DNA of 63,547 bases, filler included, from Octopus bimaculoides (lineage: Eukaryota): assembly GCF_001194135.2 (NCBI RefSeq). It is 6 parts of 6 records of this genome, joined end to end, with 100 filler letters (N's around TTAATTAATTAA, not from the genome) between each part and the next. Parts side by side here need not be neighbours in the genome. Positions count along the whole stretch, not along the records: positions 17,679 to 47,658 come from NC_068985.1; positions 47,759 to 54,050 come from NC_068996.1; 4 more parts are not named here. One strand, 5' to 3'. Shown piece after piece: positions 39,194-49,170 of this stretch (its first letter is position 1; each line of letters begins with the position of its first letter). Made by a program: the position numbers and the translations under genes. The notes under the pieces are model-generated. The model worked only from the letters and a program-made list of their open reading frames with translations, searched no databases and was not told the DNA's origin.

Positions 39194-39609
39194 CGTCTGT
39201 TCTATTTATCCGGTGTAAACAATCACTGTAAACTTTTATATTATGTCACCCGAAAGTGACAATGGTGTTGGTGAATATTATTCAAGAAATGTTTCAAAGT
39301 TACTGCATTTAGATGGAAATACGAGTAATTAATGCAACAAGATGTAATTGCAACTAAATTTTTACTACAAGTAAAATCGGCTGCTTAAAAACAACATAGG
39401 GAAGTTCTAAGCTATGACAGACACCTATCATAAATTGGGCCACTGAATTTTACGATAGTTTATAAATCACGATTTCTTATGTTTATTAGAAGTATTTAGT
39501 CATGTTTACATTCCTTCACAGATGATGCATTTAGCATTTTTCAGATTAAAAGTTTTACATTGTGAAATTCAAAGGGAAATGTGTTATAACGAGGTTACTC
39601 GTCGCCAGA

Positions 39610-39862
39610 TGTTGTAAAGTATTTTGTTACGTACAATAAATAAGAGAACCTGACAACAGTAACAAACTGTAATGTACGTACAAATCTCTTTAGGAACTCA
39701 CAATCAATATTCCTTGTGAACTAACCAAACGACACCTTCCGATTTCACTGCGAACTAACACGAACTTCACTGAACTTTGAACTCACTCAGATCGTTACTA
39801 TGTATACTTTACTCGGACCAGTCTATCTCTCGCAAGAGGGTGTCGTAATTCTCATCAAAACA
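39610..39862 (-). repeat. Gypsy LTR (253 bp, TGTT...AACA), preceded by a PPT and followed by a tRNA-Ser-type PBS
   Basis: Minus strand: AAAAAGGGAGA|TGTTTTGATG...CTTTACAACA|TC-TGGCGACGAG. TGGCGACGAG is complementary to the 3' end (CUCGUCG-CCA) of eukaryotic tRNA-Ser(GCU). Confidence 0.8.
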
Positions 39863-41770
39863 TCTCCCTTTTTGAGATTTCGACTACTGTGAGAAAGTGG
39901 AATTTCTTATATTTTCTCTTTGTTTTCCTTTTTTTAGCTGTTGTATCTTAATTGTTGCCCGACTTTTAAAGTAGTATTTTTCATTGCACACCGTACTTTT
40001 TTTTTCTTTTCGCTGTACTAAGCACTCTTGTTTATCGTTTTGTTTTCTGAAAATTTAATCTTTTTCGTTTAGGTATTACTTCCAGATATTCAGTCTGCTT
40101 TCATTTTCTGAAGCTAGTTCTACGGGGTGCGACATATCTAGGTGCTGGCACTTCAAACATATCATAGACGACTCCTATTGTTATTAGCCTTCGTTCTTTT
40201 TTATGTCTCATCTTTAGCTGGTTATGGTATCTTTTATACTCCGACCGTTGTACTTTAATTACATGCACCATGTAACCTAATATTTTGATTCCACAGCCAA
40301 CCTCCCAACCTTCTTTACCATTTTTGTAGTTTTTAAAATGAACTTCGAAATGTTATGTAATATTTCATGTATTTCTCTCAAATGTACCTGTTGTCTTTCC
40401 TTTATATATATGTTTTCCTCGCAAAAATTTATCGGATATCTGTTTTTTTACGCGCGAACTATGCTGGTGACTTTCCTGAATTAGTATTTCGATTTGGCGT
40501 TATTCTATACACTGTCAAAAGTTTCGCTAGTGCCTCGTCATTATCTAGCTCGTTCCTAGCTTTTCTTAGAGCTCTTTTGAAGGTGTCGAAAAATCTTTTC
40601 ACTTGCCCATTTGACCTCGGGTGCCAGGGTGGTCTAAACATGTGCTTTATGGTATGTATTTTGCAGGAATTTCTTAATACATATTCCGTGAACTGTGTTC
40701 CATTATCTGAAACTAACGTGTCTGGAACACTGTATCTAGCAAATGCTTCGTGTAGGAACTTTATTGTTGGTTTTACTGTGGGTTTATTACATCTGCATAC
40801 CTCTGGCCACTTAGTATAGCTATACACAACGGTAAGATAGTATACGCCGTCCAGCGTAGTAGATATGTATCCCGGAACATGGGCTCTCAGCTTTTTGTGC
40901 ATAGACCTAATTTGTCCGAGAGTACTTGCGGAAACAGATTTTTAAATATTTTCTCTTTAACTCTTCAGACGAATTATTTTTAGAGGGACAACAATTTACG
41001 TCTTTACAATAGAGATTTATGGAGAAGTCCTATAAATCGATAATTCTAACCAATCGGTACGAAACAGATCGGTCGCATTTTTAACGACGAAGACTTTCGC
41101 CTTGCATGTTTAACCTCGAAATGTGCACATCAGTCCACATGTCGCCCATGAAGTGTAATATGTCGCCCGTCACGCTACGAGCAGATTTCGCTGTCTTTCT
41201 CAACATAAGTTTCCCCATTTTCTTCCATGTGTCCATATTTATTATTGAAATATCAATTCATGTATCCAATTGAAGTTTGATATGTATTCCATTTATTTCT
41301 TCGTGTACAATTTTTTTTTATGTGGTTGTGGATTTTTGTTTCTGCTGTGAATACTCTAGGATTTTTAACGTTTGAACTTTGTAATTTTGTTCTGCAGTGA
41401 GAACTCTTGTGACCAATTCTTTTGCAACTGTAACAATTTTGATTTTTAACTAAACAGTCTTTTCTGAAATGTAGGACCCCACATCCATAACATGGACAAG
41501 ATCGAGGGGCTCTTTTTTGGTTGTACTTTTCCGGTCGGCATATCTGTATTTTTGAGGAAACTTTTTCTTGAATTTTTCTACATCGTGTATCAGGTTTACC
41601 ATCCTTTGGCATTCTTCTGCTACGGACTGTACGGTTGGATCTTGGCTCGAATGTTTCAATTTAGAAAGAATTTTCTCACAAATTTCTTCATCTTCGCCTG
41701 TACGAAAATAAGACACTTGAACATATGTTTGAAAGTGTTTACTTACAAAAAATTAATTTCTCGATGTACC
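39610..41770 (-). mobile_element. Gypsy LTR retrotransposon (K02A2.6/Mag-like), 5'-truncated and lacking RT/RNaseH: gag-PR-IN-PPT-3'LTR
   Basis: gag: MFKCLIFVQ..., EEICEKILSKLK...AEECQRMVNL, with two CCHC knuckles (CYGCGVLHFRKDC, CYSCKRIGHKSSHC). Protease: SIINMDTWKKMG...SVTGDIL...DWLE. Integrase: YSYTKWPEV...PDTLVSDNGTQF...PPWHPRSNGQVKRF. PPT AAAAAGGGAGA at 39873-39863. Confidence 0.9.
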
Positions 41771-41829
41771 GTCCAAAGGGTAAAGATCCCATAGAATAAA
41801 TGAAAGAAAATTAAAACGAATGGTACAAT

Positions 41830-43060
41830 GATAAGGAAAATGAAAAATGAACGCGGTGCTACCTACCCCACCAAGCAACATCACTAAGTTCCTTTTTATT
41901 TATATTCCATTATATCGAGTGCGTAGCTTTCTTTGAGTTCCTCATATTCTATATTCTCTGGTAGTCTCATTTTATCATATTCCACCTTCCAAACTTCGGA
42001 CTTTCCATTGTATTTTTAAATTTCATTTTTCTGTTTCTCTGTTATTAGTATGCATGTATTGCACCCGCCAATACTCGCCACATCCTCCACCTCAACAAAT
42101 ACTGTATTCTCCCATTCCATCACCTTTTGAACCAGTTCGTCGTCCGCTTCCTCGCACAACACACGCAAAACAATCAGTGTCAAGGAGAGTTTGTGGGTTC
42201 CTGTGTGTTAATGCTTTTCTTTTTTATTTTGTGTTTGAGAAGAATGGGAAGGTTTGGTGTCTGCAGGGAGAGAGAGGGACGAAGATGGTGAGGGTGGACA
42301 TAGGATAATTGTAGGGTGGGGTTCTGTGTGTGTTGGACTTAATTTCTTCCTTTCCCCTTTTTTCCCCTGCTTTCTTTCTCCGGCTCTTCTTCTTCCACCT
42401 CTGCTGGTAACATTGTTTTTTCTTCCTTTTCTTCTTGCTGTGGTTCCTCCTGGGATCCCTCCTGGGGTTCTTCTTGTTTTTGTCGTTCTGCCTCTTTGTT
42501 CGGTGGAGGACGTTTCACTCTTATGTGGCCGTTTGGACCACATTTAAATCAGAGGGTTTCTGACATCCACCCTGACACTCATTATTTTGTTGTTCACCGT
42601 TGTGGTCCCAACCATGTCATCTATCGCCTCGTTCGACCCCACAATAATTATATTCAGTGTCTGACCCTTCTAAATAACACTTTTTTTTTGTTTTTTGTAG
42701 CCTGGAGCACCGTTATCTTATCTTCATTACCCATTAGGACAGCGGCTGTTATCCAGGCCACATCCATCTCCGGTGGGATTCTTTCCACCCTAACCCGAGA
42801 CGGTCTCCGTCCCAGGTACAAAGGTAGAATTACTGTTTCCTCATTCCTTATCGTGGATGCTGCATATTTTTTCGCTGTTTTTTCGTCCTTAAACCGAACT
42901 TCCACTTCTCCGTACTTCGCTACTCTGTCAAGATACACTATCTCTTGCCAGATTGGTCACAGGGCCTTGTCTACTTGTTCAATCGTCATATTGTCCACTT
43001 TTCCATTGTATTATCAGTCTTTTGTTCTAGAACTTGTGAGCACTGTAGTCGCTATAAATT
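41830..43060 (-). mobile_element. Non-LTR retrotransposon ORF1-like (gag-like, RRM plus degenerate CCHC) remnant without ORF2
   Basis: MTIEQVDKAL*PIWQEIVYLDRVAKYGEVEVRFKDEKTAKKYA...ILPLYLGRRPSRVRVERIPPEMDVAWI..., then GQTLNIIIVGSNEAIDDMVGTTTVNNKIMSVRVDVRNPL and frameshifted FKCGPNGHIRVKRP (CX2CX4HX4C-like), followed by a basic/acidic tail. Confidence 0.6.
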
Positions 43061-43366
43061 ATGCATTTCTATTTTCTGAATACAGTAGTTTTTTTTCACC
43101 GTTACCTTAACATATTTACATTAATATTATTTTTTTCTAATCATGTTTTCGTGCATTTTTCTAATATAGCATTATAATATTTGGTTTTCTTTTTATGTTT
43201 ACATGTATTTAGGATAAATACATTCCTTGAGATGATGCGAGTAGATATTGTATGCATATATAATTGTAAATAACACTTGCACGTGAATGTAGATGGGTAT
43301 TTGAACGATTAATTTTTTTTCAATTCGCATGCCAGTTTTATGTTATCCAGGTTAGATGGGAAAAAA

Positions 43367-43530
43367 TGACCTAGTTGATACAGTATTGCACTCACGATCT
43401 CAAGACTGTAAGTTCGATTCGAAGAGTCGACTGCGTTGTATTCGTTAGCTAAACACACCATTTCACGCTGCTCTGCGGATGGGAGTGCTGCAAAATGTTT
43501 GGCGTGTCGGAAGAAGTGCTTTCCGTTATA
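43367..43530 (+). mobile_element. tRNA-derived SINE with CORE-like central domain
   Basis: tgacctagttgatacagtattgcactcacgatc...gttcgattc (A/B boxes), then gcgttgtattcgttagctaaacacaccatttcacgctgctc. Confidence 0.65.
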
Positions 43531-46500
43531 TCTTCCTGCTCTGAATATTCTAAACTTAAATCCCACCTTCCTGGAGAGGGCAACAACAAACCATTCACCT
43601 CATGTCTGGCTAAGGTAGACGAAGTTCCAGTGATGTACTTAACGGTGGTAGGATAGGGTACGGACCCCACCCCTGGTCGTATACAGAGTGATGAAAAAGG
43701 TGCACACGGGTAGACCAAGGGTAGACCAAGGGCAGACCACCACTAGACTATGTTAAGCAGCTTAGATGCTAAACTTAGTAATACATGAACTGTATTTGTT
43801 CTGTTATAAGTGATACTAGTGTATTTTGTACTAGTTTTTGTTTGAATATTTCTCTTCGATATATATGCATAAGGTTTTACACTCAAAATTATTTAGATTT
43901 GTATTTTGCAACTTCTACACCAATTATCTAAAAAATAATGTAATATTTTCATATTTTCTACTATAGATCTGTTAGATAATTTATATATATATCAGTTAAT
44001 ATATTCTTTATTATTTCTTTCTGTTTCATTTGTGTTGGTATTTGGACAAAATAATACCTAAACGAAAAAATAGATATTTATGTAGCCGCAACCGCATATC
44101 TATCGCTGTGCAATTAACTTGATTTACCAGTGTGCTATTGTCTCGTTCGAAGATAATTTTCAGAATATTTCATATCACTTGATAATTTATATTCCAATAT
44201 TTTTCTTAATCATATTTCTATAGACTGATAACATATTCTGTAACTAAATATCAAATCAGGCATTTTTTCTACGGTTGAATTGTCGACGTATACAGACGTT
44301 ATATTATCTTCTGTAAATATCCCGTTACGTTATTTATATACTTTCCTAGAAATCGTTTCGCTATGTTCTCGTATAATTATAGAATTTGGCATGCATCTAT
44401 TTCCTCTTAATGCTCAAGTCCCATACGGATGCACTTTTATATGTTTTCTTTCTTATTGCGAATAAATATCTAACTTTAATTAAGTCTCCTTGCACAAATA
44501 TTGGCGTATTAGAATGTATTGTTTTAAAAGTTCTAATTATACGAAAATTGCATTTGAATCTTCATATTATACCGTCATCAAAATTAAATTACAAAATTAC
44601 ATAAAATATTGTCATACAGATTACATTTTAAGAGTGCACTGTAGTTCCTAACTGTAAACTTTGTTCATGTATAGACAAAGATTTACAGCTAATAACTACC
44701 TACATATTATTTTATACTCTAGAAGGTCATAAAAGTCACGTTGTAAATCTGCAAGAAATAGTGTTAAAATTACATTCTAAAACTTCATTATATCGGCTAG
44801 TTTCTTTATAGATTCTTGATGTGCATATTACTGTAAAGTTCCTTTAATTCTTTGCAAACTATTCTTAAAATACTTTTGTTACATTATCAGAAATTATAGT
44901 ATTCAATTATAGTATTTAAGACCATTTGATTCATAGCGCTTTTCTTAATATTTCCAATAAATATTTAATAGAATTACATTTGCACGTAAGAGACTGGGCA
45001 TTACACGGTGTACATTTAGGAACGTGACATACTTATTCTAAATGTATTTTTGATACAGTCAATAATATTAAGCGAGATGTAATCCTTTAACTTTATAGAT
45101 AATATTTCAGAAAAAGTTGATATAACCACGGTGTTTTATGAGAAAATTAGCTACAGACATTTGCGTGTACTTTAATTCAATCTTAATCCTTGCACCAACT
45201 ACTGCTAAATCACAAATAAATTTGTTTGCATTTCTTGTAGATGCAGCAAGATGACTGACCAAGTCACTTATACAGCACATATCAAAATGGAAAAAAAAAA
45301 GCTTTGAAACTTAATAGATACCGCACAACTTTTACTCATCGCCAAAAGGCCCATAACATAAAATACAGAGCAACCAGCACGAGAAGACTCGCTTCTTTAC
45401 ATTACAATATCTTAGGGAGACTAACACAACTACCGTACAAAAAGCAAATCGCAGGAGCACATTGAACACGCGTGCCCCAGGATGGAGCATTCATGCCTTA
45501 GGTTCATGCCAAAATGCAACTCTCCGATTCCAAAATGTAAACTAACAAAAATTTCTAGAAATCGCAAAAGCCAGTGTACGTGCTTATATAGCATACCATA
45601 TATGTATGCGTGTGCATGTGTGTGTACCTGTGCGTGTGTAGTGAAGTGTTCACACGCATTAGAATTCAGCATCATTGTCTGTAATTCATAGAACATATTT
45701 CGAACAATTTAGATCTCTGGCAAAGGTGTTTGCCTTTCTATTGGGGTCTGTCAACTGGTGGATTTTTGCGCTTACCTCTCTCACTAAGTCAGTCATCGGT
45801 TTTCTCCTTTTTCGCAATAATAAAGAATCAAATAACTGTCATGTTTTCTAAATTTACTAATTTCACTCATAAAGATACGACTGGCTCGCGACTATGATAG
45901 AAAGCACTAGCCAAGCAGTGTAACTATACACGGGAAGCATTTGGTTAGAGAACACACTTCTTATCACAAACATACGGCTATGGATTAATTCTTTTGAGTA
46001 AATTTTAATCATGTGCGCATTAAGCGAAAAAATACAAGCATTCATATATACATATACATATGAATGCATGTATATGTATGTATGCATATATATATATATA
46101 TATACATATATATACGTATATATATAAATNNNNNNNNNNNNNNNNNNNNNNNNNNNNNNNNNNNNNNNNNNNNNNNNNNNNNNNNNNNNNNNNNNNNNNN
46201 NNNNNNNNNNNNNNNNNNNNNNNNNNNNNNNNNNNNNNNNNNNNNNNNNNNNNNNNNNNNNNNNNNNNNNNNNNNNNNNNNNNNNNNNNNNNNNNNNNNN
46301 NNNNNNNNNNNNNNNNNNNNNNNNNNNNNNNNNNNNNNNNNNNNNNNNNNNNNNNNNNNNNNNNNNNNNNNNNNNNNNNNNNNNNNNNNNNNNNNNNNNN
46401 NNNNNNNNNNNNNNNNNNNNNNNNNNNNNNNNNNNNNNNNNNNNNNNNNNNNNNNNNNNNNNNNNNNNNNNNNNNNNNNNNNNNNNNNNNNNNNNNNNNN

Positions 46501-47361
46501 NNNNNNNNNNNNNNNNNNNNNNNNNNNNNNNNNNNNNNNNNNNNNNNNNNNNNNNNNNNNNNNNNNNNNNNNNNNNNNNNNNNNNNNNNNNNNNNNNNNN
46601 NNNNNNNNNNNNNNNNNNNNNNNNNNNNNNNNNNNNNNNNNNNNNNNNNNNNNNNNNNNNNNNNNNNNNNNNNNNNNNNNNNNNNNNNNNNNNNNNNNNN
46701 NNNNNNNNNNNNNNNNNNNNNNNNNNNNNNNNNNNNNNNNNNNNNNNNNNNNNNNNNNNNNNNNNNNNNNNNNNNNNNNNNNNNNNNNNNNNNNNNNNNN
46801 NNNNNNNNNNNNNNNNNNNNNNNNNNNNNNNNNNNNNNNNNNNNNNNNNNNNNNNNNNNNNNNNNNNNNNNNNNNNNNNNNNNNNNNNNNNNNNNNNNNN
46901 NNNNNNNNNNNNNNNNNNNNNNNNNNNNNNNNNNNNNNNNNNNNNNNNNNNNNNNNNNNNNNNNNNNNNNNNNNNNNNNATATATATATATATAAACGCA
47001 TGCGTACACATATATACATACATCCCGCACATTCAGACACTCTGAATAATATATCAGAGTTGCTCACTGTAAACATTATTAAAATCATCCCCACAAAAGC
47101 CGTCTCTACTCATTCTTTAATATGTGTGTGAGTGTATATATGTAATGTATAGGTATGTATATATACATACACGTGCATGTACGTATGAGTATGTTAGTAC
47201 AGTTATGTACGTGTGTATTCATGTGTATATTGAGATCTGTATATGTGTATGTGTATATATATATATGCATATATGAATGCATGTATGTGTGTGCAGGTAT
47301 GTGTGGAGGTATGTATATGTGGTGGAGATATATGTGGGTATGTATGTGCGTACGTGTGTAC

Positions 47362-47398
<37 letters not shown>

Positions 47399-47996
47399 CA
47401 TATATATGCGCGTGTATATATATATATATATATATATATACATCTACTTACATATATCTCAAAGGACAGTATATATTTTTAATATTTTAATATTCTTAAT
47501 ATTTTTTTTATATTTTAATTAACATCATCCTATAGCATATTTTATTAGGTATACCATTCGTTTTCACATATATAATAATAAAATTATACATCTCTGAAGA
47601 GCGGAATTATTGCCAATATGCTTGTCTATATTAGATTATATTATAAAGCAATACTATCNNNNNNNNNNNNNNNNNNNNNNNNNNNNNNNNNNNNNNNNNN
47701 NNTTAATTAATTAANNNNNNNNNNNNNNNNNNNNNNNNNNNNNNNNNNNNNNNNNNNNAATGAATAAGATGACAGGAGAATATCATCAAATTTATACAAA
47801 ACTGTTTGATTGAATATTCTTCTTTCTCTCTTTTTCTTTTTTTTTTCTGTCGTCTTCCTTTTTCTTTCTTTCTTTCTGCTTATTAAAAAACTGACAAAAG
47901 CTGATGATGTCATTCTATCAACGTATGGACGCTGATTACTCACGTTCATAGTCTACGTTTGGTTTCTGAAATTTTGAATTTTCAATCACTTTTTGG

Positions 47997-48041
47997 TTTG
48001 AACTTGAGAAAGACAGACGTTCTGTCGAAATGTTGTTCAAA
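47997..48041 (+). ncRNA. Degenerate hammerhead motif in a PLE-type 3' end
   Basis: UUUGAAC-UUGAGAA-A-GACAG-ACGUU-CUGUC-GAA-AUGU-U/GUUCAAA. Helix I (7 bp) and helix II (5 bp) are perfect, but the core carries C3U and G8A. Confidence 0.5.
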
Positions 48042-48077
48042 AAATAAAACATCTAAAATCGCGCTCTTCGTTTTGAC

Positions 48078-48113
<36 letters not shown>

Positions 48114-48114
48114 T

Positions 48115-48266
48115 TAATGCCCTGATGCAATACCAGGCACAGGTCCCATAGCTTCTCATCTTAACTGATTGAAAGTGTTATGTACATTGTTTTCTTTTAG
48201 TGAAAAAGATGGGCTACGGCAAATGTTCTGATGACAGTGTCACTATGTTCGCATGCAATGCTCTCT
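48115..48266 (+). mobile_element. Unclassified interspersed repeat inserted among (TAA)n; related copy at 53098-53300
   Basis: aatgccctgatgcaataccaggcac...cttctcatcttaactgattg versus aatgcccggatgcagtaccaggcag...cttctgatcttaattgattg; shared 3' end agtgtcact...gcatgca...ctctc. Confidence 0.7.
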
Positions 48267-48348
<82 letters not shown>

Positions 48349-48369
48349 ACTACTACTACTACTACTACC

Positions 48370-48464
<95 letters not shown>
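48266..48464 (+). repeat. Compound trinucleotide microsatellite (CTA)n(CTG)n(CTA)n(AAT)n(AAC)n, representative of the dozens of (TA), (CA), (GA), (TACA), (TCTA), (CAT), (TCT) arrays in the window
   Basis: Directly visible. Such arrays generate the poly-HT/YI/CV/N/S/L ORFs in the ORF track. Confidence 0.95.
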
Positions 48465-48977
48465 NNNNNNNNNNNNNNNNNNNNNNNNNNNNNNNNNNNN
48501 NNNNNNNNNNNNNNNNNNNNNNNNNNNNNNNNNNNNNNNNNNNNNNNNNNNNNNNNNNNNNNNNNNNNNNNNNNNNNNNNNNNNNNNNNNNNNNNNNNNN
48601 NNNNNNNNNNNNNNNNNNNNNNNNNNNNNNNNNNNNNNNNNNNNNNNNNNNNNNNNNNNNNNNNNNNNNNNNNNNNNNNNNNNNNNNNNNNNNNNNNNNN
48701 NNNNNNNNNNNNNNNNNNNNNNNNNNNNNNNNNNNNNNNNNNNNNNNNNNNNNNNNNNNNNNNNNNNNNNNNNNNNNNNNNNNNNNNNNNNNNNNNNNNN
48801 NNNNNNNNNNNNNNNNNNNNNNNNNNNNNNNNNNNNNNNNNNNNNNNNNNNNNNNNNNNNNNNNNNNNNNNNNNNNNNNNNNNNNNNNNNNNNNNNNNNN
48901 NNNNNNNNNNNNNNNNNNNNNNNNNNNNNNNNNNNNNNNNNNNNNNNNNNNNNNNNNNNNNNNNNNNNNNNNNNNNT

Positions 48978-49170
48978 ATATAACATACAGAAAATTGCAC
49001 TACTGGGTACTGCACACATTCTACGCAAAACACTTTCAATACAGTAAACATAAGAGCACCACAGCAAACCACAGCACATACCCAAGGCGCACAGAGCTGC
49101 GCTCGGTAGTGAAGTGAAAGCACGTTATAAAAATAAAACTACTGAATAATAATAATAATAATAATAATAA
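48978..49170 (+). mobile_element. R4/Dong (RLE-type) LINE 3' end with (TAA)n tail
   Basis: YNIQKIALLGTAHILRKTLSIQ* is the typical R4/Dong C-terminus (QK..LLGTA.ILR..L). A short 3' UTR is followed by (aat)n. Confidence 0.8.

Noticed and set aside
20309-43530. tRNA-like A/B-box sequences at 20309, 24406, 32880-33027, 33230 and 43367
   Set aside because: They are SINE heads followed by SINE bodies and cannot form a full cloverleaf; not tRNA genes.
43707-43745. 11-bp triplet gggtagaccaa and other tiny duplications (e.g. 18881-18920)
   Set aside because: Ordinary slippage duplications with no further structure.
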